64,000 nt of DNA from Thermodesulfobacteriota bacterium (GCA_963422265.1 OY729416.1:1376001-1440000), one strand, 5' to 3'. Shown: positions 41,217 through 52,951, counted from the first letter of the stretch. Program-made: numbers and translations. Notes: a model not told the origin generated them from the sequence alone.

Positions 41217-42469
41217 TTTTTATCTCTCCATATCCTAGCCCCCAAATTTTCTAGCTTTCTGTCCAATTTTTCGTAACCCCTGTCCAGATGGTATATGCGG
41301 GAAATCTCCGTCCTCCCATTAGCCGAGACGCCTGCTAATACCAGCGAAGCGCTTGCCCTGAGATCACTCGCCATAATAGGCGCCCCGCTTAGATGCGGTA
41401 CTCCTCTAACAACGGCGTTGTTTCCTACGAGCTTCACATCGGCTCCCATCCTCCTAAGCTCGCCCGCATGTAGAAACCTCTGGGGGAATATATTCTCGGT
41501 AATAATGCTTAGTCCGTCCGCAATGCTCATTAACGACATCATCTGCGCTTGCATATCAGTTGGAAACCCAGGATATGGCAGAGTGGTAAAATCAATGCTC
41601 TTTGCCCGATAATCCCCCTCCACTCTTATTCCCCTTTCCTCACGAGTTATATTAGCCCCTGTCTCCAGCAGTTTGCTGATAAGCGAACCTAAATTCTCAA
41701 AGCGGACACCCTTAATCAATAGATTCCCTTTAGTCATTATCGACGCAATCATAAACGTTCCCGCCTCAATTCTGTCTGGCATCACCTTGTGATCCTTAAT
41801 TGGCGATAGCTTCTCAACCCCTCTAATCGTTATAATGTCAGTTCCAGCGCCCGTAATGTCAGCGCCCATTTTATTAAGGGCATTCGCCAGTTCTACAACC
41901 TCTGGCTCACAGGCGGCGTTCAGCAAAATAGTCTCTCCTTGAGCAAGTGCTGAAGAAAGAATAAGGTTCTCAGTACCGGTTACTGTGGAGACGTCAAAAG
42001 GAATTATGCCCCCCTTCAGCTTAGGGGCAGCTATTTCGATGTAACCCTCCTCTATCCGCACCTGCGCTCCTAGGATTCTCAGCCCCTTGAGATGCTGGTC
42101 TATGGGTCTTTCCCCAATAGCACACCCTCCCGGAAGGGAAACTCTACACTTGCCAAACCTAACGGTAAGGGGACCCAATACGAGAACGGACGCGCGCATA
42201 GTCTTTACAAGATCGTAAGGTGCTATCCACCTCTTTAGATTTGTAGTATTAATAGTCAGGTCGCCATCTTGATAGTCTATACGAGCACCAAGAATTTCAA
42301 GTAACCTCGCCATAGTCCTGACATCGGCAAGATCAGGAACGTTAGTAAGAACGTGATCGCCATCTGCCAGTATTGAAGCTGCCATGAGAGGTAAAACGGC
42401 ATTTTTCGCACCGCTTATATCCACATCTCCTACCAATCTGGCGGCGCCCTCTATTATTATTTTTTCCAC
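41213..42469 (-). CDS. murA: UDP-GlcNAc enolpyruvyl transferase
   Basis: [27 protein letters not shown]. Confidence 0.97.
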   Translation of the reverse strand: MEKIIIEGAARLVGDVDISGAKNAVLPLMAASILADGDHVLTNVPDLADVRTMARLLEILGARIDYQDGDLTINTTNLKRWIAPYDLVKTMRASVLVLGPLTVRFGKCRVSLPGGCAIGERPIDQHLKGLRILGAQVRIEEGYIEIAAPKLKGGIIPFDVSTVTGTENLILSSALAQGETILLNAACEPEVVELANALNKMGADITGAGTDIITIRGVEKLSPIKDHKVMPDRIEAGTFMIASIMTKGNLLIKGVRFENLGSLISKLLETGANITREERGIRVEGDYRAKSIDFTTLPYPGFPTDMQAQMMSLMSIADGLSIITENIFPQRFLHAGELRRMGADVKLVGNNAVVRGVPHLSGAPIMASDLRASASLVLAGVSANGRTEISRIYHLDRGYEKLDRKLENLGARIWRDKK

Positions 42470-43308
42470 TTGGCTTTGACAACTCTTCCTATATTACTAA
42501 TATCACTAACTGAAGAGATGCTATGAAAACCGTATTCTTCAAATAGCTCATCTACCCTTACGTCTTGTCCTTGTCCTACCTCTAACAAGCACCAGCCCCC
42601 CCCTTTGAGAAGGTTTCTGGAGTTGCTGATTATATTTTTAATATAATACAACCCATCTTCGCCAGCCAACAAAGATTTTCTAGGCTCATAATCCTTAACG
42701 TCTGGCTCCAATAAATGAAACTCACCCTCTGAAACATAAGGTGGATTGGATACTACTACGCCAAATTTACCACCCTTAAAACCGTAAGATAAATCAGCAT
42801 TTACAAACACTATTCTTAGGTGAGAGTTATGCCTACGGGCATTCCTCCCCGCCACTGATAGCGCTTTGAAAGATATATCAGTCGCATAAATGCTCAAGCT
42901 GTCATGCTCACAAGCGAGGGTAACGGCTAAGCATCCACTCCCCGTACCCACTTCCAGTATAGTCGGTGATTCCATCTTATCCAATACTTTTAATGTTTCC
43001 TCAACCAAAATTTCAGTTTCGGGTCTCGGTATGAGAACCTGTGAATTAACCTCAAAAGTCCTTGAATAAAATTCCTTTTCCCCCACGACGTAAGCCATAG
43101 GCTCTCCCGCCATTCTTCTTTTAATTAATTGGAAAAGCTGCTCACCTGCCCATTTCCCCACGTCCTTTTCCGGAAAGACGTAAATATCGGAGATGGCTTT
43201 AACTACTCCTAATTTTAACAACAAGATTGATATTTCGCGCCCTGGGCTTTCTACGGAACTACGTTTAAGCTCTTTCTTCCCAAGGTGATAGAGGTCTTTT
43301 AATTGCAT
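42457..43308 (-). CDS. prmC: Release factor glutamine methyltransferase
   Basis: LIPRPETE, GTGSG, SNPPY. Confidence 0.95.
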   Translation of the reverse strand: MQLKDLYHLGKKELKRSSVESPGREISILLLKLGVVKAISDIYVFPEKDVGKWAGEQLFQLIKRRMAGEPMAYVVGEKEFYSRTFEVNSQVLIPRPETEILVEETLKVLDKMESPTILEVGTGSGCLAVTLACEHDSLSIYATDISFKALSVAGRNARRHNSHLRIVFVNADLSYGFKGGKFGVVVSNPPYVSEGEFHLLEPDVKDYEPRKSLLAGEDGLYYIKNIISNSRNLLKGGGWCLLEVGQGQDVRVDELFEEYGFHSISSVSDISNIGRVVKAKWKK

Positions 43309-43621
43309 GGAGTGGTCGCACAGCGTCACAAAGCTATCTAGTTTATCAATTTTCTATTAAGTTTGCAACCAAATGCTTTGGGACATGCAAGCAACTAGTA
43401 GCTATCAGAGGCTGTTCTTTTACCAACTGTGCAAAAACGAGATCCTAAAATGAGTTCAGGATGACCATTTAAGACAGGGGACAAAGACTCAGGAAAGGGA
43501 GACAGTGTCATTTACTTTCCCTCCCCCCTCTCCATTTCTCTGACAGCTCTTCTGAGATTTTACCCGATTCTCAGTATACGAGTTTTAGTTTGTGATAATT
43601 TAAACCAAAGGGAGATTTAGT

Positions 43622-44284
43622 TCATTCCAGTTCTAAAGAATGATGTTTGAGCGTCTTTCCGCTTGCTATATAGTAAGTATCCTCGGCTATGTTGGTAGCT
43701 AGGTCTGCTACCCTTTCAAGCGACCTCGCTATTAGTATTAAGGTTAATGCTCTATCAATTGTTTGGGGGTCTGAGATCATATAAGTAACGAGCTCCCTTA
43801 CTATTTGCGGCTCAAGTGAATCGACCTCATCATCTTTTTTGCATACGTCAATTGCAAGCTGATAATCCTTGTTTACGAAAGCATCCAGGCTTTGTTGTAA
43901 CATCTCAATCGCTTTTTCAGCCATTTTAGGAATATCTATCAGCGGTTTTACCTGGGGTTTGTCGGCTAAATAGATAACCTTTTCGGCAATGTTAGCAGCA
44001 TGATCGCCTATTCTCTCAAGGTCATTGTTGATCTTCATAATCATCGTAACCGTTCTAAGGTCTTCCGCCTCCGGATGGTAAAGAGCAAAAATCCTAATGC
44101 ACTGATTATCTATCTCAATCTCCATTTCATCAACATTCTTATCACTTCTTATTACGTCTCCTGCTAAGATCATATTGTTTTCTCTAAGCGCCACTATACT
44201 TTTGCCAATCATCTCCTCTACGGAGGTCGCCATTTCAAAGAGCATCTTCTTTAATTTACCGATTTCCTCTTCCAATCTAACCAT
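43622..44284 (-). CDS. phoU: Phosphate signalling protein PhoU
   Basis: DLERIGDHA, LERVADLATNIAE. Confidence 0.96.
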   Translation of the reverse strand: MVRLEEEIGKLKKMLFEMATSVEEMIGKSIVALRENNMILAGDVIRSDKNVDEMEIEIDNQCIRIFALYHPEAEDLRTVTMIMKINNDLERIGDHAANIAEKVIYLADKPQVKPLIDIPKMAEKAIEMLQQSLDAFVNKDYQLAIDVCKKDDEVDSLEPQIVRELVTYMISDPQTIDRALTLILIARSLERVADLATNIAEDTYYIASGKTLKHHSLELE

Positions 44285-44345
44285 AATTTTTTTCTTAAAA
44301 TGTAGCAGAGACTAACAAGGTTTTGGAGTCACGTATAAAATACGT

Positions 44346-44771
44346 TTAGTAGTGTTCAAACTCGCTTGCTAACCAATTTCTAATCTCATCCCTGACTTTT
44401 CTGAAGCCGTATAATATTTCCTCATCCTTTCCCCTAAACTTAGATGGATCTACAAATCCCTTATGAATAAGTCTATAGGCGCCCGGAAGAGCAGGACAGC
44501 TCTCCTTAGCACTGCTGCAAACAGTTACTACGTAATCGAATTTGTCGCCGACAAAGTTATCAATACTTTTTGACTTATGACCTGAAATATCTATCCCCAA
44601 TTCTTTCATGGCGCGCACAGCGTATGGATTTACCCGTGAAGGCTGCGTGCCCGCACTTAGAGCATCAAACCTGTCTCCATACAAATCCCTTAGCAGTCCC
44701 TCCGCCATTTGGGATCGCGCGGAATTGTGAGTGCAGAGAAATAAAACCCTTTTCTTATCTTCCCTCTTCAT
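44346..44771 (-). CDS. arsC: Arsenate reductase ArsC (LMW-PTP fold)
   Basis: CTHNSARSQMAEG, VTVC...CP, FVDP. Confidence 0.85.
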   Translation of the reverse strand: MKREDKKRVLFLCTHNSARSQMAEGLLRDLYGDRFDALSAGTQPSRVNPYAVRAMKELGIDISGHKSKSIDNFVGDKFDYVVTVCSSAKESCPALPGAYRLIHKGFVDPSKFRGKDEEILYGFRKVRDEIRNWLASEFEHY

Positions 44772-44819
44772 CTCATCCAGCAAATTAATTTACTAAAAAG
44801 CCTTTAAGAAATAATTGCA

Positions 44820-45695
44820 TTATCCGAATTTTCCTGAAACATAGTCTTCGGTTTGTTTCAGCTTTGGATTGAGAAAAATAGTCTCGGTAGTATCATACTC
44901 TATAAGTTCACCCATATACATAAAAGCCGTATAGTCCGAGACGCGCGATGCTTGCTGCATATTGTGGGTTACAATTACAATAGTGTAGTTTGCCTTAAGT
45001 TCAGTTATTAGATCCTCTATCTTACCCGTCGCAATCGGGTCGAGAGAAGAGCACGGCTCATCCATTAGAAGCACTTCAGGTTCTACTGCGATCGCCCTCG
45101 CTATACAGAGCCTTTGCATTTGACCACCTGACAGTCCAAGAGCGCTATCACTTAATCTATCGCTCACCTCATCCCAAAGAGCGGCTCCCTTTAAGCTGTT
45201 TTCTACAACCTCATCAAGTACCGATTTCCTGTTCTCGCCAGCGATACGCGCCCCGTAGGCTACGTTCTCATATACGGATTTAGGGAACGGGTTAGACTTC
45301 TGGAAAACCATGCCCACATTTTTTCTAAGCTCCGTTATATCTATAGCGGGATCGTGAACGTCGCGACCGTGGATTTTTATCTCTCCCTCTACGCGTGCCC
45401 CATCCACAAGATCATTAAGACGATTAAAACAGCGAAGAAGCGTTGACTTGCCACACCCTGAAGGTCCTATAAACGCAGTCGCTTTGTTCTTGGATATATC
45501 CATATCTATATCCTTCAAAGCCTGCTTCTTGCCATAAAATAAATTGACGCCTTTCACCTCTACCACAGGATCGGGAATTGACGGACTGGGAATCTGTTGA
45601 TGGCTAGTTTGAGACTCTTTAGGTTCATCTGTGCTGCCTACTTTGACTTGATCCCGCACTTTGTATTCCATTGTCTTATTGGCTAAGTTTAGCAA
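44820..45695 (-). CDS. pstB: Phosphate ABC ATPase
   Basis: [33 protein letters not shown]. Confidence 0.97.
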   Translation of the reverse strand: MLNLANKTMEYKVRDQVKVGSTDEPKESQTSHQQIPSPSIPDPVVEVKGVNLFYGKKQALKDIDMDISKNKATAFIGPSGCGKSTLLRCFNRLNDLVDGARVEGEIKIHGRDVHDPAIDITELRKNVGMVFQKSNPFPKSVYENVAYGARIAGENRKSVLDEVVENSLKGAALWDEVSDRLSDSALGLSGGQMQRLCIARAIAVEPEVLLMDEPCSSLDPIATGKIEDLITELKANYTIVIVTHNMQQASRVSDYTAFMYMGELIEYDTTETIFLNPKLKQTEDYVSGKFG

Positions 45696-45744
45696 GCCCT
45701 CCTTTAGAATTACCTAATAGCCACGGCGGTGATTGTAACATAAA

Positions 45745-47355
45745 TTAGACCGCTGAGGTAGTGTATTTCTTTTTAAGCTGATTCCTTATTATTATGGCAG
45801 TCAAATTTAAGACTATAACTATCAATATGAGTAGCAGCGCAGTTGTAAAGACCATCGGTTTTGCGGCTTCGGCGTTAGGAGACTGAAATCCCACATCGTA
45901 TATGTGAAAACCCAGGTGCATAAACTTTCTTTCAAGGTGTACATAGGGAAAATATCCGTCTATAGGAAGGTCTGGTGCCAGCTTTACCACACCTGTAATC
46001 ATAAGGGGCGCTACTTCTCCAGTTGCGCGTGCTATAGCCAGAATGAGTCCAGTAAGTATAGCAGGTAGGGCACTAGGTATAACTATTTTCCAAGTCGTCT
46101 CAAACTTATTAGCCCCCAAGGCTAGCGAACCGTGTCGTATCTCATTGGGAACGGCAGCGAGACCCTCTTCGGTAGCTACGATAACAACAGGCACTGTAAG
46201 CAGTGCGAGAGTTAGAGATGCCCAAAGTATGCCCCCCGTTCCAAATGTAGGATTAGGAAGAGCTTCTTGATAGAAGATGCTATCTATCGACGCCCCCACC
46301 CCATAGATGAAGAAGCCTACGGCAAAAACCCCAAATACGATTGAAGGAACACCAGCAAGGTTGTTCACGCATATTCTCACTAATCTTACCAGCATGCCCT
46401 GCTTGGCGTACTCCCTAAGGTATAAAGCAGCTAGAACGCCGAACGGCAACACGACAAGGCTCATTATTAGCACCATCATAATAGTTCCAAATATGGCAGG
46501 AAACACACCCCCTTCCATGTTTGCTTCCCTTGGTTCTTCTGATACGAACACCCATGCCCTGTGTGCATAAAGTGAAGCCTTTTGAAACCAATTCATGGCA
46601 TTAGGTCTGTAGGCAAGCACTATATTCCCCAAAGACATCTCCTTTTCCTTTCCATCCACCGATAACATTACTATTTTCTCTTTATTAAATTCCTGATATA
46701 GAACGGATAATTCCTTCTCTTTCTCGTTGTATTTACCCTCTTGAACCTGGATTTTCGCTTCTATCTCTTTTATCTGACTTTTGTCTCTACCCTTTAACTC
46801 AATACCGCGTATTTGAAGCCTATACTTCTCAATCTCCCGGTTTATAGCACCTATTTCATTCTTTTCTATATCCCTTATCTTCTTATAGATGTTAGCATAA
46901 ACAGGTATTCCCTTCTCAAGAGTAGTCCAGCATTGCTCATTTTCCCTGCAGAGGAAGTCGCCGTTCTCTCTGATTTCCTTTATGAATCCATAGAAATTGC
47001 CCCATTCCCTTCTCTCTAAAACCACGAGATATTCAGGCTTAGATCGTTTTACTACTTGGTCATCGTCTATCCATCTAAAGTCTAGTCCATACAAGTCTCT
47101 ATTGCCTATTTTGAGCTGCGTTCTGTAACTATCCGCACCGTCTTTGGCATCCTTTATTTTCTCGCGGCCAGTAACTTCACCAATTACTTTGCTACCGTCT
47201 TTGAGCTTAAACTCCGCTACGGGCGATGGCCAGAAGAACCCCAGACCCTTAGCCATTATCAACCACAGCAATCCCGCAATCATAAGGAGGCTAAACATTA
47301 ACGCAACGCCAGTTAGCCATACAAAAGGATCACCATTCTTCCAGAACTTATTCAT
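45745..47355 (-). CDS. pstA: Phosphate ABC permease PstA (long form)
   Basis: PREANMEGGVFPAIFGT, NLAGVPSIVFG. Confidence 0.94.
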   Translation of the reverse strand: MNKFWKNGDPFVWLTGVALMFSLLMIAGLLWLIMAKGLGFFWPSPVAEFKLKDGSKVIGEVTGREKIKDAKDGADSYRTQLKIGNRDLYGLDFRWIDDDQVVKRSKPEYLVVLERREWGNFYGFIKEIRENGDFLCRENEQCWTTLEKGIPVYANIYKKIRDIEKNEIGAINREIEKYRLQIRGIELKGRDKSQIKEIEAKIQVQEGKYNEKEKELSVLYQEFNKEKIVMLSVDGKEKEMSLGNIVLAYRPNAMNWFQKASLYAHRAWVFVSEEPREANMEGGVFPAIFGTIMMVLIMSLVVLPFGVLAALYLREYAKQGMLVRLVRICVNNLAGVPSIVFGVFAVGFFIYGVGASIDSIFYQEALPNPTFGTGGILWASLTLALLTVPVVIVATEEGLAAVPNEIRHGSLALGANKFETTWKIVIPSALPAILTGLILAIARATGEVAPLMITGVVKLAPDLPIDGYFPYVHLERKFMHLGFHIYDVGFQSPNAEAAKPMVFTTALLLILIVIVLNLTAIIIRNQLKKKYTTSAV

Positions 47356-47402
47356 AAATCTCAACCTTAACAATACACGTTCAATTTAGCTTACACATAT
47401 AT

Positions 47403-49721
47403 TTATAGCTGTCCGTATTTCTTTCTTAACCTCTGTCTTACCAGCTCCGCAGCCGTATTAACGATAAAAGTAAAAAAGAAAAGCAATAAGGCTGCCAGGA
47501 ACAATACCCTGTAAAGTGTTCCACCATGAGGAGCTTCGGGTATTTCAACGGCGATGTTCGCTGATAAAGCACGAAAACCGTTAAATATACTCCAATCCAT
47601 AATAGGGGTATTCCCCGTTGCCATAAGCACTATCATCGTTTCACCTATAGCCCTGCCCAAACCGATCATTATCGCAGAGAATATTCCTGGGCTAGCAGTA
47701 GGAAGTATTACTCTTACGGCAGTTTGCCAACGGTTAGCTCCAAGTGCCAGCGAACCGGCTTGCAAGTGTTTAGGCACACTGGATAAGGAATCTTCGGATA
47801 TTGTAAAGATTATAGGTATAACCGCGAATCCCATAGCAAACCCTATTATTAATGAGTTTCTCTGATCGTATTGCAGACCCAGCACGTTATAGAACCATTG
47901 CTTGTAGTCTCCACCAAAAATAGCGCTCTCTAACGGGGCGTTCAACCAAAAGCTAACTAGCAATCCAATTATGATTGCCGGAACTAAGAAAAAGAGCTCG
48001 GTTCCTACTTTAAACCTTCCTATTATTGATCGTGGCAGTCTTTGCCATACAAACACGCTTAAAAAGGTAAAGACCGTTAATACGATGGGTATGGTAAACA
48101 CCGCTGGAATCACTTTCTCAACGTGTGGCGCAAGCCAAAGCCCTGCGAAAAACCCTAGAACAACGCTAGGCAATGCAGCCATCACTTCTATAATAGGCTT
48201 AATTGTATTTCTAAGCGAAGGGTGCATAAACTGCGAAACGCATAAAGCAGCGAAAATAGAAAGTGGTATTGCTAAAGCTAGAGCGTATATAGCTCCCTTT
48301 AATGTCCCGAACACAAGGGGAGTCAGGCTTAGCTTGGGTTCAAAATCGTCCGTTCCTCCCGTTGACTGCCACACGAATTCAGGTTTGGGATAACCCTCGT
48401 ACCAGACCTTGCCGAAAAGGGTTTTCATATTTGTCTCAGGATGGTTGTTCTCTAGACCCCAGTTAAAAATCTTGCCTTTATCGTCAATTGCAACTATGCC
48501 GTCTGCTTTAGGAGAAAAAGCCATTCTGACGACCGGGGTGCCACCCGTGCTTAGCTTATCAAGCAACTGACCGGACGTTGTATGATAAAGCTTAATATTG
48601 CCATCTACGTCCGACGCGATAAACCCTCTATCCCTAGCCGAGGCAGTTATCTTAGTAATCGAGGACTCAAACGATGGAAATTGATGTATTCTTTTTAATA
48701 TTCTTCCCCTTGGCGAGCTTTCATCCGGTGCCTCAAACCAGACTGACACCTGCCCCACTTCGTCACCTACTACAAGCGAACGGTCGCCTAAAAGAAATGA
48801 GAGAGACGTAACGGCTATATCAGATTTAGCCGTCGCATCTATCACATCCAATAATGCTGGTTCTTCCCCGCCGTCAAGATTCCAATGGAAAACCTTTCCG
48901 TTCTCAGTACCTACAAAAAGGTTTGCAAGGTAATAATCAAGCTCAATTGAAGTAACCCTTGCCCCTTCAAGGCTATCCGTGAGGTTAAAGGTTGACTTTT
49001 CCTGTTTCGCTTCACCGATGCCAAAGTCATCGTCCGACTCTGTGAGAGTTACAAATATAAGCTCGTTTTTGGCAGTATAAGCTGCTGCGGCTGTGCCTTC
49101 GCCTTCTACGGATTCTTCATAAGCTATTCGAAGGAGCGCCGAGTCGCTCAAGCTAAATAGCCCTTTCTCTATAACTGAAGGGGTAATAATCCTGGAATCC
49201 CCATCAAAATCCACTTGATAGTTAAACCTAACGGGGAGAAGATTGCCGTTATCCAAACCAAGAGCGTAAAACTTATTGTTGATTGATACGAAGCTCGAAG
49301 TAACCCTTGCTCCTTCAACTCCAATTAATCCTATTTTTTTTATAACTTCGCCGTCTTCGAGTGACAGAAAGTAAACCACGCCATCGTTAGTAATGGTAAA
49401 GCCAATCTCCCTATATTCTTCAGTGCCAGTAGCGAGGAAAGGGAAATCGCTTTTGTCACTGCCATCAGTTGAGTATGAAGCAAGTTCAGGCGATTTCTCC
49501 AATACAAAAGAGCTTGAAAGCTCAGACTTAGCTCCTTCCCATAGAGGTAGGGTTTCAATACCTATAAACACCAGAATTGCGAGTATGCTAAGAATAATCG
49601 CAATTCCACCGGTTGTTACGACTCCGGTAGCTATACGATCAAAGAGTTTCCTCCGTCTTAATCCGGAGGAAACTCTTTGATCGCTTTTCTTATTTTCTCT
49701 AAGTTCTAGTTTTGGAGACAT
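47403..49721 (-). CDS. pstC: Phosphate ABC permease PstC (long form with large periplasmic domain)
   Basis: WQSTGG, GRAIGETMIVLMATGN. Confidence 0.93.
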   Translation of the reverse strand: MSPKLELRENKKSDQRVSSGLRRRKLFDRIATGVVTTGGIAIILSILAILVFIGIETLPLWEGAKSELSSSFVLEKSPELASYSTDGSDKSDFPFLATGTEEYREIGFTITNDGVVYFLSLEDGEVIKKIGLIGVEGARVTSSFVSINNKFYALGLDNGNLLPVRFNYQVDFDGDSRIITPSVIEKGLFSLSDSALLRIAYEESVEGEGTAAAAYTAKNELIFVTLTESDDDFGIGEAKQEKSTFNLTDSLEGARVTSIELDYYLANLFVGTENGKVFHWNLDGGEEPALLDVIDATAKSDIAVTSLSFLLGDRSLVVGDEVGQVSVWFEAPDESSPRGRILKRIHQFPSFESSITKITASARDRGFIASDVDGNIKLYHTTSGQLLDKLSTGGTPVVRMAFSPKADGIVAIDDKGKIFNWGLENNHPETNMKTLFGKVWYEGYPKPEFVWQSTGGTDDFEPKLSLTPLVFGTLKGAIYALALAIPLSIFAALCVSQFMHPSLRNTIKPIIEVMAALPSVVLGFFAGLWLAPHVEKVIPAVFTIPIVLTVFTFLSVFVWQRLPRSIIGRFKVGTELFFLVPAIIIGLLVSFWLNAPLESAIFGGDYKQWFYNVLGLQYDQRNSLIIGFAMGFAVIPIIFTISEDSLSSVPKHLQAGSLALGANRWQTAVRVILPTASPGIFSAIMIGLGRAIGETMIVLMATGNTPIMDWSIFNGFRALSANIAVEIPEAPHGGTLYRVLFLAALLLFFFTFIVNTAAELVRQRLRKKYGQL

Positions 49722-49785
49722 TCAACAACCCTAAAACTAATTAGACATTAGCTTTAGTCAATCATTGCACCGGACTTACGTTAGC

Positions 49786-50772
49786 CTAACCACCAATGCT
49801 CTTCAGGATTTCCTTAACTTTGTCAGCCGGAAGTGGCAAATAACCGTCTTTAACTACAATCTCCTGACCCTCTTTGCTAAGCACGTATTTTAAGAACTCC
49901 ATACGTAGCGGATCAAGTGCTTCGTTAGGCTTTTTGTTGATGTATATATATAAATATCTTCCGAGTGGATATGCTTTGCTCATGATGTTTGCAAGGTTTG
50001 GCTCGGCGCATCCCGTTTTTTTCTCGAGCTTAATCGCCTTTACGCCTGAAGTGCGGTATCCAATACCGCTGTATCCCATGCCGGCTTTGTCTTCCGTTAT
50101 ACCCTGAACAACCGCTGACGATCCAGGCTGCTCTTTTACGGCGTCTTTATAGTCACCCTTGCATAACGCTTTCTTTTTGAAATAACCGTAAGTTCCAGAA
50201 GCCGAGTTTCTGCCATATAGACTTATAGGCCTTTTAGCCCAGCTATCTTTCAGTCCAACTTGTCCCCAGGTCACAACATCTTCAGCCCCGCCGCACTTTC
50301 TGTTCCTTGAAAAAACGGCGTCAACCTGCTTGATTGTTAGACACTCGATCGGGTTGTCCTTATTAACGAATACTGCTAGAGCGTCTATTGACGTCTGCAC
50401 GCTCGTAGGCTTGTACCCATACCTCTTCTCAAAACTATCTACCTCTTTAGACTTCATCTGACGGGACATAGGTCCGAACTGAGACGTTCCCTTTATAAGG
50501 GCAGGAGGTGCCGTGCTAGAACCCTTTCCCTCTATCTGACACTTGACGTTAGGATAGCTCTTTGTGAACCCTTCACACCAAAGAGTCATAAGGTTATTAA
50601 GCGTATCTGACCCTACGCTGCTGATGTTCCCCGACACGCCACTGGTTTTAGCGTATGATGGAATGCTAGGATCAACTTTCACCGGACCTGCTTTAACGAC
50701 GCCAGCGGTCAGCGCAAAAGCAAATATAAAAACACCAACTGCAAGACACCTCGTAAAAAGCGCTTTGCTCAT
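49786..50772 (-). CDS. pstS: Phosphate-binding protein PstS
   Basis: SVGSDTL, GSSTAPPAL, YGRNSASGT. Confidence 0.95.
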   Translation of the reverse strand: MSKALFTRCLAVGVFIFAFALTAGVVKAGPVKVDPSIPSYAKTSGVSGNISSVGSDTLNNLMTLWCEGFTKSYPNVKCQIEGKGSSTAPPALIKGTSQFGPMSRQMKSKEVDSFEKRYGYKPTSVQTSIDALAVFVNKDNPIECLTIKQVDAVFSRNRKCGGAEDVVTWGQVGLKDSWAKRPISLYGRNSASGTYGYFKKKALCKGDYKDAVKEQPGSSAVVQGITEDKAGMGYSGIGYRTSGVKAIKLEKKTGCAEPNLANIMSKAYPLGRYLYIYINKKPNEALDPLRMEFLKYVLSKEGQEIVVKDGYLPLPADKVKEILKSIGG

Positions 50773-50819
50773 CTTTTTATTACCTCCTTTAAGATTTTAA
50801 TATCCAAAGGATTAAAACT

Positions 50820-50855
50820 TATAAGTATTAAGAGATTGTTAAGAGATCATTAAAC
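50820..50855 (-). promoter_or_regulatory. Putative Pho box
   Basis: Minus strand TTAATGATCTC-TTAACAATCTC-TTAATACTTAT: 11-nt periodic direct repeats upstream of pstS. Confidence 0.65.
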
Positions 50856-50860
50856 ACGGG

Positions 50861-51724
50861 TTAATCGCTTTTAGAAGACTTTTGCCTTAAAGCCGCCGCG
50901 ACGACAAGCTCTTCCCTCAAAAGATCAACATCATCCCTTTCTATTGCATACTCAATTTTAGCAAAAGATTTCTTGAATGTGCCTATTGCTTCTAAAACAT
51001 CTTTCTTATTCGCAAAAAATATATCTACCCACATGTCCGGTGAGCTTGAAGCTACTCTGGTATAATCGTTCAGTCCTCCACCTGCGAAATCCATTAAAGT
51101 CTCTGACTCTTCTGAAGATATTACTGATTTAATAAGCGAATACGCAACTACGTGAGGCAAGTGGCTAACAAGACTAAATACGCGGTCGTGCGCATCAGCA
51201 CTCATCTTAAAGACCTGGCATCCAGCGGCTTCCCATAGTGAGATGATCCTGCTTAAAACAAAAGGGCTAGTTTTATCAGTGGGCGTTAAGATACATCTCT
51301 TGCCACTAAAAAGGTTAGGGTTAGCATATCTAACTCCTGAATTTTCAGTTCCCGCAATGGGGTGTCCCCCGATAAAATTTACGTGATCAGGTATAACGCC
51401 TTCTACACCCCTTACTATGCTGCCTTTTACGCTTCCCGTATCCGTTATTACGGCATCTTGTCCAAGAAACTGTGATAGCGATTTAATAACCTTAACAATA
51501 CTGCCTACGTGCGTTGCTACAACAAATATCTCAGCACTAAGAGCACAGCGATTAAGCTCTTGAGACCCTCTGTCAATCATTCCATTAGCTAAAGCATAAC
51601 ATATAGCTTCACCATCAGTATCAATCCCAATGACGTCCTCAACTTGCCCAGATTTCTTTAATGCCAAGGCTAGCGAGCCGCCGATAAGTCCAAGACCTAT
51701 TATCGCAACGCTCTTAAACAACAT
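50861..51724 (-). CDS. tyrA: Prephenate/arogenate dehydrogenase
   Basis: GLGLIGGS, DTGSVK, GHPIAG, SHLPH. Confidence 0.93.
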   Translation of the reverse strand: MLFKSVAIIGLGLIGGSLALALKKSGQVEDVIGIDTDGEAICYALANGMIDRGSQELNRCALSAEIFVVATHVGSIVKVIKSLSQFLGQDAVITDTGSVKGSIVRGVEGVIPDHVNFIGGHPIAGTENSGVRYANPNLFSGKRCILTPTDKTSPFVLSRIISLWEAAGCQVFKMSADAHDRVFSLVSHLPHVVAYSLIKSVISSEESETLMDFAGGGLNDYTRVASSSPDMWVDIFFANKKDVLEAIGTFKKSFAKIEYAIERDDVDLLREELVVAAALRQKSSKSD

Positions 51725-51862
51725 TTTCTCTGTATTCTATCCGCAGATTCACCAAGATAAGAATTAAAAGGGTAAGTATTCTTTGAGATGTTAAGTTATA
51801 ATAGGGAAATTTCAAGGTGTTATATAGCAATCAGAAGTTTGGACTTTATACGTTAATTATTG

Positions 51863-52951
51863 TCACTTATTCAACACCTTTCTCAATGCTTTTATGAACT
51901 TCTCATTCTCTTCAGGTAAGCCAATCGTAACCCTAAGGTGCGTCTTTAATCCGTATGCCCCGACGGGTCTTACAATAACCCCTTCTTTCAGAAGGCTGTT
52001 ATAAATCGGCATAGGGTCCTCTTGCAAGTCTATCAATACGAAATTAGCGAATGAGGGCGTATAGGAAACGCTTATCTGCTCAAGCTCACCTTTTACATAT
52101 CTTAGACCTTCAAGGTTGAGCCTTTTGGACCTCTCTACGTAAGCAGTATCACCAAGAGCGGCTATACCGGCAATCTGAGCAAAGAAGTTGACGTTAAAAG
52201 GGTGCCTTACCCTATGCATGCCTGATATTATCCCCTCCTGAGCTACTCCATATCCTAGCCGAATACCCGCAAGACCGTAAATTTTGGAAAAGGTTCGGAC
52301 GGTGAGTATTGACTTGCCTGAGTCGTGATAATCAAGGGAATTTGGATATTGAAGGGCATCAACGTATTCAAAATACGCCTCATCTATAACTACCAAGACG
52401 TCCTCTGGAACCTTATCTAAAAACCATTCAAGTTCCTGACGCTCTACCATAGAGCCGGTTGGATTGTTGGGGTTAGCGATAAATACGATTTTAGTCTTAG
52501 GCGTTATGCGCGAGCTCATATCCTCAAGATCGTGCTTATAGTCCGGCATCGGCGATATTATCGCTTTGGCTCCCACGGCTTTTGTAGAGATTGGGTAAAC
52601 GATAAAGGCGTATTCACCCATAACCGCCTCGTCTCCCGGATGCATAAATGCTCTGGCGGCGATATCCAATACGTCATTAGAGCCATTGCCAAAAATAAGC
52701 GTTTCAGGGTTGACCCCGAGCCTTTCCGACACCTTATTTCTTAGATAGAAGGCATCTCCATCAGGATAGAAGTGTGCCTTATTCAGGGCATTCCTAATGG
52801 CGTCCATAGCCAGTGGTGAGGGTCCCGCTGGATTCTCGTTAGAAGCTATCTTGACCGCATCCTTAATCCCTAGCTCGCGCTCCAATTCCTCCACAGGCTT
52901 CCCCGGCTTGTAAGGGATCAAGCCTTCCACGAATATATTCGGTTTTATCAA
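51863..52951 (-). CDS. hisC: Histidinol-phosphate aminotransferase
   Basis: SNENP, NPNNPTG, RTFSKIYGLAGIRLG. Confidence 0.95.
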   Translation of the reverse strand: MIKPNIFVEGLIPYKPGKPVEELERELGIKDAVKIASNENPAGPSPLAMDAIRNALNKAHFYPDGDAFYLRNKVSERLGVNPETLIFGNGSNDVLDIAARAFMHPGDEAVMGEYAFIVYPISTKAVGAKAIISPMPDYKHDLEDMSSRITPKTKIVFIANPNNPTGSMVERQELEWFLDKVPEDVLVVIDEAYFEYVDALQYPNSLDYHDSGKSILTVRTFSKIYGLAGIRLGYGVAQEGIISGMHRVRHPFNVNFFAQIAGIAALGDTAYVERSKRLNLEGLRYVKGELEQISVSYTPSFANFVLIDLQEDPMPIYNSLLKEGVIVRPVGAYGLKTHLRVTIGLPEENEKFIKALRKVLNK

